The notes under the pieces are model-generated. The model was not told the DNA's origin and ran no database searches. It worked only from the letters and a program-made list of their open reading frames with translations. Shown in pieces: positions 19,066-28,204 of a stretch of DNA of 32,000 nt. The stretch comes from Longivirga aurantiaca. Its GTDB lineage: Bacteria; Actinomycetota; Actinomycetes; S36-B12; CAIYMF01. The position numbers and the translations under genes are program-made. Position 1 is the stretch's first letter, and every line of letters begins with the position of its first letter. Location of the stretch: positions 2,205,604 to 2,237,603 of the forward strand of contig NZ_JBHSTI010000008.1 in NCBI RefSeq assembly GCF_042660085.1, given 5' to 3'.

Positions 19066-19073
19066 TACCGGCC

Positions 19074-21641
19074 ATGAGCACCCCTGCGCACGACACGCGC
19101 GTCCCGGAGAAGCCGACCGTTGACGGCCTCGAGGACCGCTGGGCGGGCGTATGGGACGAGCGGGGCACCTACCGCTTCGACCGCAGCAAGGTCCGCGAGC
19201 AGATCTACTCGATCGACACCCCGCCGCCCACGGTCAGCGGGTCGCTGCATGTCGGTCACGTGTTCTCGTACACGCACACCGACTGCATCGCGCGCTACCA
19301 GCGCATGCGGGGCCTCGAGGTCTTCTACCCGATGGGCTGGGACGACAACGGCCTCCCGACCGAGCGCCGGGTGCAGAACTACTTCGGCGTGCGCTGCGAC
19401 CCGTCGCTCCCGTACGTCGACGGCTACGAGCCGCCGGAGAAGCCCGGCAAGGACCAGGTGCCGATCTCGCGCCGCAACTTCGTCGAGCTGTGCGAGCGCC
19501 TGACGATCGAGGACGAGAAGGTGTTCGAGGAGCTCTGGCGCCGGCTCGGCCTGTCGGTCGACTGGGACCAGAAGTACCAGACCATCGACCGCAACGCGCA
19601 GAGCACGAGCCAGCGCGCCTTCCTGCGCAACCTCGCCCGCGGCGAGGCCTACCAGGCCGAGGCACCGACGCTCTGGGACGTCACCTTCCGCACCGCGGTG
19701 GCCCAGGCCGAGCTCGAGGACCGCGAGCGCGAGGGCAAGTACTACCGCGTGGGCTTCCCCGCGGCCGGCGGCAGCCGCGTGTTCATCGAGACGACGCGGC
19801 CCGAGCTCCTCGCCGCATGCGTGGCGCTCGTGGCGCACCCGGACGACGAGCGCTACCAGCCGCTGTTCGGCAGCTCGGTCACGACGCCGATCTTCGGCGT
19901 CGAGGTGCCGGTGCTGGCGCACCACCTGGCCGACCCCGAGAAGGGGTCCGGCATCGCGATGATCTGCACCTTCGGCGACACCACCGACGTCACGTGGTGG
20001 CGCGAGCTGCAGCTGTCGACCCGCCCGATCATCGGCTGGGACGGCCGGATCCTGCCCGAGACGCCGGAGTGGATCACGACCGACGCCGGCCGCGAGCTGT
20101 ACGCCGCCATCGCCGGCGCCACGTCGTTCACGGCGAAGGAGCGGATGGTCGAGGCGCTCGACGCCGCCGGCTTCACCGAGGGCGAGCCGCGCCCGACGGT
20201 GCAGCAGGTGAAGTTCTTCGAGAAGGGCGACAAGCCGCTCGAGATCGTCACCACGCGCCAGTGGTACATCCGCAACGGCGGCCGCGAGGCCGACCTGCGC
20301 CAGCGCCTCGTCGAGCGCGGCTCCGAGCTGCAGTGGCACCCGCCGTACATGCAGGCCCGCTACACCTCGTGGGTCGAGGGCCTCAACGGCGACTGGCTCA
20401 TCTCGCGCCAGCGCTTCTTCGGCGTGCCCGTGCCCGTCTGGTACCGCCTCGACGAGCACGGCCTGCCGGACTACGGCCAGCTGCTGCTGCCGCGCGAGGA
20501 CCAGCTGCCGGTCGACCCGTCGTCGCAGGCCCCCGACGGCTTCGACGAGGGCCAGCGCGGCGAGCCGGGCGGCTTCATGGGCGACCCCGACATCATGGAC
20601 ACCTGGGCCACCTCGTCCCTCTCGCCGCAGATCGCCGGCGGCTGGGCCTACGACGAGGACCTCTGGCCGCGCCTCTGGCCGTTCGACCTCCGCCCGCAGG
20701 CGCACGAGATCATCCGCACCTGGCTGTTCTCCTCGGTCGTGCGCGCCCACCTCGAGGACGACGTGCTCCCCTGGAAGCACGCGGCGATCAGCGGCTGGAT
20801 CCTCGACCCCGACCGCAAGAAGATGGCGAAGTCCAAGGGCAACGTCGTGACCCCGGGGCACCTCCTCGACCAGCACGGCGCGGACGCAGTGCGCTACTGG
20901 GCGGCCTCGGGCCGGCCCGGCACCGACACCGCGTTCGACGAGGGCCAGATGAAGATCGGCCGCCGTCTCGCCATCAAGATCCTCAACGTCTCCAAGTTCG
21001 TGCTCGGGCTCGGCGCCGCGCTCCCGACCGAGGCGTCGGTGATCACCGACCCGCTCGACCGCGCGATGCTCGCCCAGCTGGCGGACGTCGTCCGCGATGC
21101 GACGGCGGCGTACGACGACTACAACTACGCGCGCGCCCTCGAGCTCGCCGAGCAGTTCTTCTGGTCGTTCTGCGACGACCACGTCGAGCTCGTGAAGGAC
21201 CGTGCGTACGGCGGCCGCGGCCACGAGGGTGCCGCGTCGGCGAAGGCCGCGCTCGCCCTCGCGCTGTCGGTGCAGCTGCGCCTGTTCGCGCCCGTGCTGC
21301 CGTTCGTGACCGAGGAGGTGTGGTCGTGGTGGCTGGACGGCAGCGTCCACCGCGCCGCCTGGCCCACCCTCGACGAGCTCGCGGGCACCACCGGCGACTC
21401 CGCGATGGTGGCCGACGTCGCCCAGGCCCTCTCGGGAATCCGCAAGGCCAAGAGCGAGGCGAAGGCGTCGATGCGCGCCGACGTCGAGCGCGCGACCGTG
21501 TCCGCGCCGGCGGGTGCCGCCGACAGGCTCCGGCTCGCGGCGGGAGACCTCGCGGCGGCCGGCCGGGTCGCGGCGTTCGACGTGGTGGAGGCCGACGGAC
21601 CGATCGGCGTCGAGGTCGTCCTCGCCCCGGTGGCGGAGTAG
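19074..21641 (+). CDS. valS: valine--tRNA ligase
   Basis: The internal ATG at 19074 of track ORF 18615..21641 gives MSTPAHDTRVPEKPTVDGLEDRWAGVWDERGTYRF. HIGH motif as SLHVGHVFSY, KMSKS motif as KKMAKSKGN. 855 aa. Confidence 0.96.
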   Translation: MSTPAHDTRVPEKPTVDGLEDRWAGVWDERGTYRFDRSKVREQIYSIDTPPPTVSGSLHVGHVFSYTHTDCIARYQRMRGLEVFYPMGWDDNGLPTERRVQNYFGVRCDPSLPYVDGYEPPEKPGKDQVPISRRNFVELCERLTIEDEKVFEELWRRLGLSVDWDQKYQTIDRNAQSTSQRAFLRNLARGEAYQAEAPTLWDVTFRTAVAQAELEDREREGKYYRVGFPAAGGSRVFIETTRPELLAACVALVAHPDDERYQPLFGSSVTTPIFGVEVPVLAHHLADPEKGSGIAMICTFGDTTDVTWWRELQLSTRPIIGWDGRILPETPEWITTDAGRELYAAIAGATSFTAKERMVEALDAAGFTEGEPRPTVQQVKFFEKGDKPLEIVTTRQWYIRNGGREADLRQRLVERGSELQWHPPYMQARYTSWVEGLNGDWLISRQRFFGVPVPVWYRLDEHGLPDYGQLLLPREDQLPVDPSSQAPDGFDEGQRGEPGGFMGDPDIMDTWATSSLSPQIAGGWAYDEDLWPRLWPFDLRPQAHEIIRTWLFSSVVRAHLEDDVLPWKHAAISGWILDPDRKKMAKSKGNVVTPGHLLDQHGADAVRYWAASGRPGTDTAFDEGQMKIGRRLAIKILNVSKFVLGLGAALPTEASVITDPLDRAMLAQLADVVRDATAAYDDYNYARALELAEQFFWSFCDDHVELVKDRAYGGRGHEGAASAKAALALALSVQLRLFAPVLPFVTEEVWSWWLDGSVHRAAWPTLDELAGTTGDSAMVADVAQALSGIRKAKSEAKASMRADVERATVSAPAGAADRLRLAAGDLAAAGRVAAFDVVEADGPIGVEVVLAPVAE

Positions 21642-21677
21642 GGGCGGCACGCCGGCCCGCCGCGAGCGCCCCGGCGC

Positions 21678-21683
21678 TACCGT
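21678..21683 (+). promoter_or_regulatory. candidate -10 box (TACCGT) for leaderless orphan gene
   Basis: TANNNT hexamer 6 nt upstream of the GTG at 21690; no SD. Confidence 0.3.
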
Positions 21684-21689
21684 GACGGC

Positions 21690-22604
21690 GTGACGTTCCC
21701 CGAGCAGGACGAGCCGTTTCAGCACGGATCCACGGTGCTGCCCGGTGTCCCGCTGCCCGCGAGCGCGCACCCGCACGCTCCGGTCGCGCCTCCCCCGCCG
21801 TCGTCCGCGCCCCGCGTCGACCTCGCTCCGCCCGTGGACGAGCCCCGCGTCGACCTGCCTTCGCCCGTGGCCGAGCCCCCGACGCCGACGACCGACCCCG
21901 CTCCCCCGTCCGCCGGTCCCGCCGCGGGAGACATCGAGCCCGCTGCCCTGCCGCCTCGCGGCCGGCACGCGGCACCGGCGCCGCCCGCCACGCCCGCTCG
22001 CGGCGGTTCGCGCCTGCTGGTGCTCGCCGTGATCGGGCTCCTCGTGGTGCTCGTGGCGGTCGCTGCGTTCGTGTGGCCCGGGTTCCTGACCGCTTCCGAC
22101 GACGGCGAGGCCGCCGGCTCCCCCACGGCGTCACCGTCCGTCAGCGCCCTGGCGGTGTCGCTCTCCACACCCGACCGGATCGACGGGATGCGCCGGTTCG
22201 CCGGTGCCGCCGACAAGGCGCTCGACGCCTCGGTGGCGAAGGCCTCGGTCGCAGGCCTCACCGACCCGGTCAGCGCCGTCTACGGCAGGGGGACGGCGCC
22301 GCTCGTGCAGGTGATCGCGTGGAAGGCCGTCTCGCCGCCGGCCGAGGACACCGTGACCGCTGCCTTCACCGGCTTCGAGGGATCGACCGGCGCCAAGGTC
22401 ACAGCCGTGCGCGAGGTCGCGGTGCCGGACCGGGGTGGGCACATGGAGTGCGGGCTCGCGACGGTCGAGAAGGCAAGGACGCTGCAGTGCTTCTGGGCCG
22501 ACGACGCGTCGTTCGGCGCGGTCACGGTGCTGTCGGCGTCGGACCGTCAGAAGGCGACGTCGACGGCGGTCGCCGTACGGACCGCGGTGGAGCAGACCGG
22601 CTAG
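21690..22604 (+). CDS. hypothetical single-pass membrane protein (Pro-rich cytoplasmic N-terminus, TM, extracytoplasmic domain with two Cys)
   Basis: 304 aa with consistent G/C third positions. Pro-rich N-terminal region, TM segment LLVLAVIGLLVVLVAVAAFVWPGF, and a C-terminal ~170-aa domain containing ECGLATVEKARTLQCFWADD. No family recognised. Confidence 0.7.
   Translation: MTFPEQDEPFQHGSTVLPGVPLPASAHPHAPVAPPPPSSAPRVDLAPPVDEPRVDLPSPVAEPPTPTTDPAPPSAGPAAGDIEPAALPPRGRHAAPAPPATPARGGSRLLVLAVIGLLVVLVAVAAFVWPGFLTASDDGEAAGSPTASPSVSALAVSLSTPDRIDGMRRFAGAADKALDASVAKASVAGLTDPVSAVYGRGTAPLVQVIAWKAVSPPAEDTVTAAFTGFEGSTGAKVTAVREVAVPDRGGHMECGLATVEKARTLQCFWADDASFGAVTVLSASDRQKATSTAVAVRTAVEQTG
21810..21875 (+). 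repeat. 33-bp tandem repeat x2 inside the orphan gene (11-aa PRVDLxxPVxE units)
   Basis: CCCCGCGTCGACCTCGCTCCGCCCGTGGACGAG / CCCCGCGTCGACCTGCCTTCGCCCGTGGCCGAG, encoding PRVDLAPPVDE and PRVDLPSPVAE. Confidence 0.9.
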
Positions 22605-22609
22605 GTCGG

Positions 22610-23896
<1,287 letters not shown>

Positions 23897-24027
23897 GTGT
23901 CCTCCTCGGGTTCGTGCGGGAAGAGCGGGTGCGCACCTCGCGCCCCTTCGGTGCCGACGGTACCCCGTCGCGTCCCCCGACACGTGCCCGGAGACACGCG
24001 CGGCGGACCCTTTATGCCGACAGCGCA

Positions 24028-24058
24028 ACGCCCGCCCGACGGGGGGTCGGGCGGGCGT
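24028..24058 (-). terminator. stem-loop between clpP2 and clpX
   Basis: ACGCCCGCCCGAC-GGGGG-GTCGGGCGGGCGT, a perfect 13-bp stem, 48 nt after the clpP2 stop. Confidence 0.55.
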
Positions 24059-24105
24059 CGTCGCTGGTCAGGGCCCTGCAGGACCTGGTGGAGCGGGTCG
24101 ACGGG

Positions 24106-24753
24106 TCAGACGACAGCGGCCTTGCGGCTCGGGATCACCGAGTCGACGATGCCGTACTCCACGGCCTCGTCGGCCGTGAGGATCTTGTCGCGCTCGATGT
24201 CCTTCTTGACCTGCTCCGGGTCGCGCCCGGTGTGCTTGGCGAGGATCGCCTCCATCGCCGTACGCATGCGCAGGAGCTCGTTGGCCTGGATCTCGATGTC
24301 CGTGCCCTGCCCGCCGCCCTCGGTGTAGGGCTGGTGGATGAGGACGCGGGAGTTCGGCAGTGCGTAGCGCTTGCCCGGGGTGCCGGCGCCGAGCAGCACG
24401 GCCGCGGCCGAGGCGGCCTGGCCGAGGCACACGGTGGTGATCTGCGGCTTGACGAACTGCATCGTGTCGTAGATCGCCGTCATGGCGGTGTACGAGCCGC
24501 CGGGCGAGTTGATGTAGATGCTGATGTCGCGGTCGGGGTCCATCGACTCGAGGCACAGCAGCTGCGCCATGACGTCGTCGGCGCTCGCGTCGTCGATCTG
24601 CACGCCGAGGAAGACGATCCGCTCCTCGAAGAGCTTGGAGTACGGGTCGTAGCGCTTGTAGCCCTGGGGCGAGCGCTCCTCGAACTGCGGCAGGACGTAG
24701 CGCGCCTGCGGGCCGGGGGCCGTGATGCCCGACGGGGTGAACAACTGGCTCAT
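24106..24753 (-). CDS. clpP2: ATP-dependent Clp protease proteolytic subunit ClpP2
   Basis: 215 aa. [50 protein letters not shown] resembles mycobacterial ClpP2. Catalytic-Ser context INSPGGS. Confidence 0.95.
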   Translation of the reverse strand: MSQLFTPSGITAPGPQARYVLPQFEERSPQGYKRYDPYSKLFEERIVFLGVQIDDASADDVMAQLLCLESMDPDRDISIYINSPGGSYTAMTAIYDTMQFVKPQITTVCLGQAASAAAVLLGAGTPGKRYALPNSRVLIHQPYTEGGGQGTDIEIQANELLRMRTAMEAILAKHTGRDPEQVKKDIERDKILTADEAVEYGIVDSVIPSRKAAVV

Positions 24754-24784
24754 GTCGTAAGTCTCCGTATCCGTCGGTCGCTGA

Positions 24785-25399
24785 TCAGGCCGTGCCGCCG
24801 CCGCCGGAGACGTCCTGTGCGGACGTCACGACGTGGTCGACGATGCCGTAGTCCTTGGCCTCGTCCGCGGAGAACCACTTCTCCCACTCGGAGTCCTCGA
24901 TGATGCGGTCGACGGGCTGTCCGGAGTGGTGCGCGATGAGCTCGGCCATCTGGCGCTTGATGAGCAGCATCTGCTCGGCCTGCTTCTGCACGAGGCTCTG
25001 GACGCCGCCGAGGCCGCCGAGCGGCTGGTGCATCATCACGCGGGCGTGCTTGAGGGCGTAGCGCTTGCCGGGGGCGCCGGCGGTGAGCAGGAACTGCCCC
25101 ATCGACGCGCACATGCCGAGGCCCACGGTGGCGACGTCGTTCTGGACGAACTGCATCGTGTCGTAGATCGCCATGCCCGCCGAGACGCTGCCGCCGGGCG
25201 AGTTCACGTAGAGGTAGATGTCCTTCTCCGGGTCCTCGGCGGACAGGAGCAGGAGCTGGCGGACGATGTCGTTGGCCATCTCGTCGCGGACCTCGCCCTC
25301 GAGGAAGAGGATCCGCTCACGGAGCAGGCGCTCCTTGATCGAGTCGCCGTAGCCGGTCACGCCAGCGCCAGGGCCTCGATCGGTCCAGGTACCGCTCAC
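24785..25399 (-). CDS. clpP1: ATP-dependent Clp protease proteolytic subunit ClpP1
   Basis: GTG at 25399 with GGGAGG 6 nt upstream. [60 protein letters not shown] resembles mycobacterial ClpP1. 204 aa. Confidence 0.93.
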   Translation of the reverse strand: MSGTWTDRGPGAGVTGYGDSIKERLLRERILFLEGEVRDEMANDIVRQLLLLSAEDPEKDIYLYVNSPGGSVSAGMAIYDTMQFVQNDVATVGLGMCASMGQFLLTAGAPGKRYALKHARVMMHQPLGGLGGVQSLVQKQAEQMLLIKRQMAELIAHHSGQPVDRIIEDSEWEKWFSADEAKDYGIVDHVVTSAQDVSGGGGTA

Positions 25400-25458
25400 G
25401 GTGGTCCTCCCAGGTAAGTCCGCGTCGTACGTCGTCGCGTGCTCGACCCTAACGACGA

Positions 25459-25492
25459 AACACCCCCGTGCCATCCCAGGCACGGGGGTGTT
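25459..25492 (-). terminator. intrinsic terminator of tig
   Basis: AACACCCCCGTGCC-(6-nt loop)-GGCACGGGGGTGTT, a perfect 14-bp stem 44 nt after the tig stop. On the minus strand it is followed by TCGTCGTT. Confidence 0.65.
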
Positions 25493-25535
25493 CGCCGTAG
25501 GCGTGACGCGGGCCGCTCAGGGTGACCCGGGCGGG

Positions 25536-26855
25536 TCAGTGGTGGTGACCCTCGTGGTCGTCGTGGTCGTGGATCTCGGGGACGCCGGCCGTGCCGAGGT
25601 CGTTGAGGGCCGAGAGGTCGATGACCGTTCCCTCGGTGTCGACGATGCGCGCGTGCTCGAGCACGTGGGCGAGCGCCTTGCTGCGGCGCACCTCGGCCAC
25701 GGCCGCGGGCACCTGGCCGGCGTTGACGAGCTCCTGGGCGAACTGGTCGGGAGTCATGCCGTAGCGGGGCGCCTGCTGCACGAGCCAGGACGAGAGCTCG
25801 GCCTCGGAGACCGCGAGCTCCTCCTGCTCGGCGATCTTGTCCAGGATGAGCTGGCTCTTGAGGCCGTCGCGGGTCTGGGTCTCGACCTCGGTGCGGTGGT
25901 CGTCGTCGCCGTGCCCGTCGACGAAGTGCTCCGCGACCTGCTGCGTGACGGCGCCCTCGGGCACCGGCACCTCGGTCGCGGCCAGGAGGGCTGCGGCGAC
26001 CTTCTCGCGGGCGGCGTAGCCCTGCTCGAGGAGCTTGACGCGGCCGAGGCGCTCGCGGAGGTCGTCCTTGAGCTCGTCGATGGTGTCGAACTCCGACGCG
26101 AGCTGGGCGAAGTCGTCGTCCGCCGCCGGGAGCTCGCGCTCGCGGACGGTCGTGATCGTGACGGTGACGCTGATGTCCTTGCCCTCGAACTCGCCGCCCT
26201 CGGGGGTGAACGAGAACGTGCGCTCGTCGCCGGCGCTCGCGCCCTCGACGGCCTCGTCGAAGCCGGGGAGCATCCCGCCGGTGCCGACCTCGTACGACAT
26301 GGCGCTCGCGTCGAGGTCCTCGACCGACTCGCCGTCGAGCTGGCCGGCGAGGTCGAACAGGATCACGTCGCCGGTCGTCGCGGCGCGCTCGACGGTCTTG
26401 AGCGAGCCGAAGCGGCTGCGCAGGCCCGTGAGCTGGGAGTCGATGTCCTCCTCGGAGACGACGGCCGGGTCGACGACGACCTCGATGCTGTCGTACGCCG
26501 GCAGGTCGAACTCCGGGACGACGTCCATCTCGGCCGTGTACGAGAGCGGGGCGGCGTCCTCGAACGTCTGGACGTCGACCTCGGGGCGACCGAGCAGCTT
26601 GATGTCGTTCTCGCGGAGCGCGGCGTCGAGGCTCTCGTTGATCGCGTCGTTGACCGCCTCGTCGAGGACGGCGGCACGGCCGACGCGCTGGTCGATGACG
26701 CGGTTCGGGACCTTGCCCTTGCGGAACCCTGGCACCGAGATCTGCGCGGCGATGCGCTTGTACGCGGCGTCGAGCGAGGGCTTGAGCTCCTCGAACGGCA
26801 CCTCGACGGTGAGCTTCACCCGGGTGGGCGACAGGGTCTCGACGGCGCTCTTCAC
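25536..26855 (-). CDS. tig: trigger factor
   Basis: 439 aa. MKSAVETLSPTRVKLTVEVPFEELKP, ribosome-binding signature GFRKGKVP, and an acidic/His C-terminal tail. GTG start at 26855. Confidence 0.96.
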   Translation of the reverse strand: MKSAVETLSPTRVKLTVEVPFEELKPSLDAAYKRIAAQISVPGFRKGKVPNRVIDQRVGRAAVLDEAVNDAINESLDAALRENDIKLLGRPEVDVQTFEDAAPLSYTAEMDVVPEFDLPAYDSIEVVVDPAVVSEEDIDSQLTGLRSRFGSLKTVERAATTGDVILFDLAGQLDGESVEDLDASAMSYEVGTGGMLPGFDEAVEGASAGDERTFSFTPEGGEFEGKDISVTVTITTVRERELPAADDDFAQLASEFDTIDELKDDLRERLGRVKLLEQGYAAREKVAAALLAATEVPVPEGAVTQQVAEHFVDGHGDDDHRTEVETQTRDGLKSQLILDKIAEQEELAVSEAELSSWLVQQAPRYGMTPDQFAQELVNAGQVPAAVAEVRRSKALAHVLEHARIVDTEGTVIDLSALNDLGTAGVPEIHDHDDHEGHHH

Positions 26856-26927
26856 GTGGATCGGTGCTCCTGGGTCGGTACGTGCCGGACCGCGTCGTGC
26901 GGCCCGCCGGGGATCGTGCGGGAGGGT

Positions 26928-26960
26928 GGTGCGGGGCTGGTGCGGGGCTGGTGCGGGTCT
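26928..26960. repeat. 11-bp tandem repeat x3 (GGTGCGGGGCT) upstream of tig
   Basis: GGTGCGGGGCT GGTGCGGGGCT GGTGCGGGTCT. This forms part of six GTGCGG copies between 26897 and 26974. Confidence 0.9.
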
Positions 26961-26988
26961 GTCTCAGCGTGCGGGCCGGGGCCCTGGC

Positions 26989-27064
26989 TGGTCGGGGCGG
27001 GGAGACTCGAACTCCCGATCTCCTGCCCCCAAAGCAGGCGCGCTAGCCACTACGCTACGCCCCG
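26989..27064 (-). tRNA. tRNA-Pro (anticodon TGG), CCA encoded
   Basis: Hand-folded cloverleaf: CGGGGCG-TA-GCGT-AGTGGCTA-GCGC-G-CCTGC-TTTGGGG-GCAGG-AGATC-GGGAG-TTCGAGT-CTCCC-CGCCCCG-A-CCA. Confidence 0.93.
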
Positions 27065-27198
27065 CGTGGCGGCCTCGATCCTACGGGACGGCGAGGCACG
27101 GTCCGACCGCCCCGCCCGCGGCTCGGGCAAGGCGCGCGGCGCGCACGGATCGGGCCGGTCCGCTCCTGTGGAATCATGGTCACCGCGGTCCGCCGCAC

Positions 27199-27269
27199 GC
27201 GGGTGTAGCTCAATGGCAGAGCCCCAGCCTTCCAAGCTGGCCATGCCGGTTCGATCCCGGTCACCCGCT
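27199..27269 (+). tRNA. tRNA-Gly (anticodon TCC), CCA not encoded
   Basis: Hand-folded cloverleaf: GCGGGTG-TA-GCTC-AATGGCA-GAGC-C-CCAGC-CTTCCAA-GCTGG-CCAT-GCCGG-TTCGATC-CCGGT-CACCCGC-T. Confidence 0.93.
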
Positions 27270-27275
27270 CCGCTC

Positions 27276-27320
27276 GATGGCCCTGTCCCCGCCGGCGAAG
27301 CCGGCCAGGACGGGGCCATC
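27276..27320 (+). terminator. compound stem-loop 7 nt after tRNA-Gly
   Basis: GATGGCCCTGTCC pairs with GGACGGGGCCATC (13 bp, one G-U), enclosing GCCGGC-GAA-GCCGGC. Confidence 0.55.
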
Positions 27321-27424
27321 GTCGCTCCGCGGGTGGACGGGATCGGGAGGAACCCGACGCACCACCCACGACCCACCGCGCCGAAGGCGCCCCCTGGTCG
27401 TCCCCTGTGCCCCACCGAGACGGA

Positions 27425-27437
27425 CCCGGTCACCCGC
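27425..27437 (+). repeat. 13-bp exact duplicate of the tRNA-Gly 3' end (att-like)
   Basis: CCCGGTCACCCGC occurs at 27256-27268 (T-arm/acceptor 3' strand of tRNA-Gly) and again at 27425-27437. The match is 15 of 16 if extended by 3 nt. Confidence 0.8.
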
Positions 27438-27442
27438 CCCAG

Positions 27443-27523
27443 GAACCACGTGCGACCGTTCCCGGCACCGCGAGCGCGCCCACCCACCGCGACCCAGAAC
27501 CGCGTGCCACCGTTCCCGGCACC
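27443..27523 (+). repeat. two 27-bp direct repeats (54-bp period), each containing GAAC-N11-GTTC
   Basis: GAACCACGTGCGACCGTTCCCGGCACC (27443-27469) versus GAACCGCGTGCCACCGTTCCCGGCACC (27497-27523), 25 of 27 identical. Confidence 0.85.
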
Positions 27524-27593
27524 CGTGAAGGGTGGAGAAGTCCACCAAGTAGCAGCGAAGGCCCCCTCCATCGCGATCCAGCAGACTGGGCGG

Positions 27594-28202
27594 GTGCCGG
27601 ACCAGACGCCTCGAGCTCGCGCTCGGCTCGTGGTGGCGTACGGCGTGCGGCCGGCGCACGAGCTGCTGCGCGAGGCGGCCGGGCGGTTCCACGGGGTCCC
27701 GCCGACCACGATCGTGCTCGGCCACGAGTGCCCGCGGTGCGGCAGCGACGAGCACGGCCGCCCGCTCCTGCTGCCCACGGCCGCCGTCCGCGCTCCGGCG
27801 CACGTGAGCCTCGCCCGCGCCGGCGACCTGTCGGTCGTCGCCCTCACCGATGTCGGCCCCGTCGGCGTCGACATCGAGGCCGTGGGCGCCGCCGCCTTCC
27901 CGGGCTTCGACGACGTCGCCCGCCACCCCGACGAGCGCGGCACGGACGCGACGGCCTCCTGGGTGCGCACGGAGGCCCTGCTCAAGGCGCACGGCTTCGG
28001 GCTCGCCGTCGACCCGCGAGACATCTCCATCGACGCAGACGGTTCGGTCACGTGGGACTCGCCGCACGAGGCGCCCGGGCCGGCGTGGCTGCGCGACCTC
28101 GAGGTGCCAGGCCACGTGGTCGCCGTCGTCGCACTCCCGGAGCAGGACGTCACGGGGATGTCCGTCGTCGTGGAGCCGGCGTCGGACAGCCCGTCGGCCT
28201 GA
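27594..28202 (+). CDS. 4'-phosphopantetheinyl transferase, Sfp-type
   Basis: C-terminal ~200 codons of track ORF 25401..28202. PPTase motifs GPVGVDIE and WVRTEALLKAHGFG (W/F-x-x-K-E-A-x-x-K type), plus CPRCGSDEHGRPLL. Start uncertain (GTG at 27594 chosen; 27525 and 27630 also possible). Confidence 0.8.
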   Translation: MPDQTPRARARLVVAYGVRPAHELLREAAGRFHGVPPTTIVLGHECPRCGSDEHGRPLLLPTAAVRAPAHVSLARAGDLSVVALTDVGPVGVDIEAVGAAAFPGFDDVARHPDERGTDATASWVRTEALLKAHGFGLAVDPRDISIDADGSVTWDSPHEAPGPAWLRDLEVPGHVVAVVALPEQDVTGMSVVVEPASDSPSA

Positions 28203-28204
28203 GA

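Noticed and set aside
18983-19168. Longer folC starts (19075, 19168); likewise the clpX extension to 24028 and the clpP1 extension to 25483
   Set aside because: The longer folC starts would overlap the divergent valS start and promoter. For clpX and clpP1, strong SDs (GAGGAGG, GGGAGG) precede internal GTGs that reproduce the canonical N-termini.
26928-26960. Short tandem repeats as a CRISPR array
   Set aside because: The units are 11 bp, contiguous with no spacers, and there are only three copies. This is not CRISPR-like.
27443-27523. GAAC...GTTC dyads as LexA (Cheo-type) SOS boxes
   Set aside because: The SOS box of Gram-positives and actinobacteria has a 4-nt spacer (GAAC-N4-GTTC). Here the spacer is 11 nt, so the resemblance is superficial.
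25401-27593. Upstream part of track ORF 25401..28202 (933 aa)
   Set aside because: It runs antisense through tig and straight across two tRNA genes. Only the C-terminal ~200 codons carry PPTase motifs.
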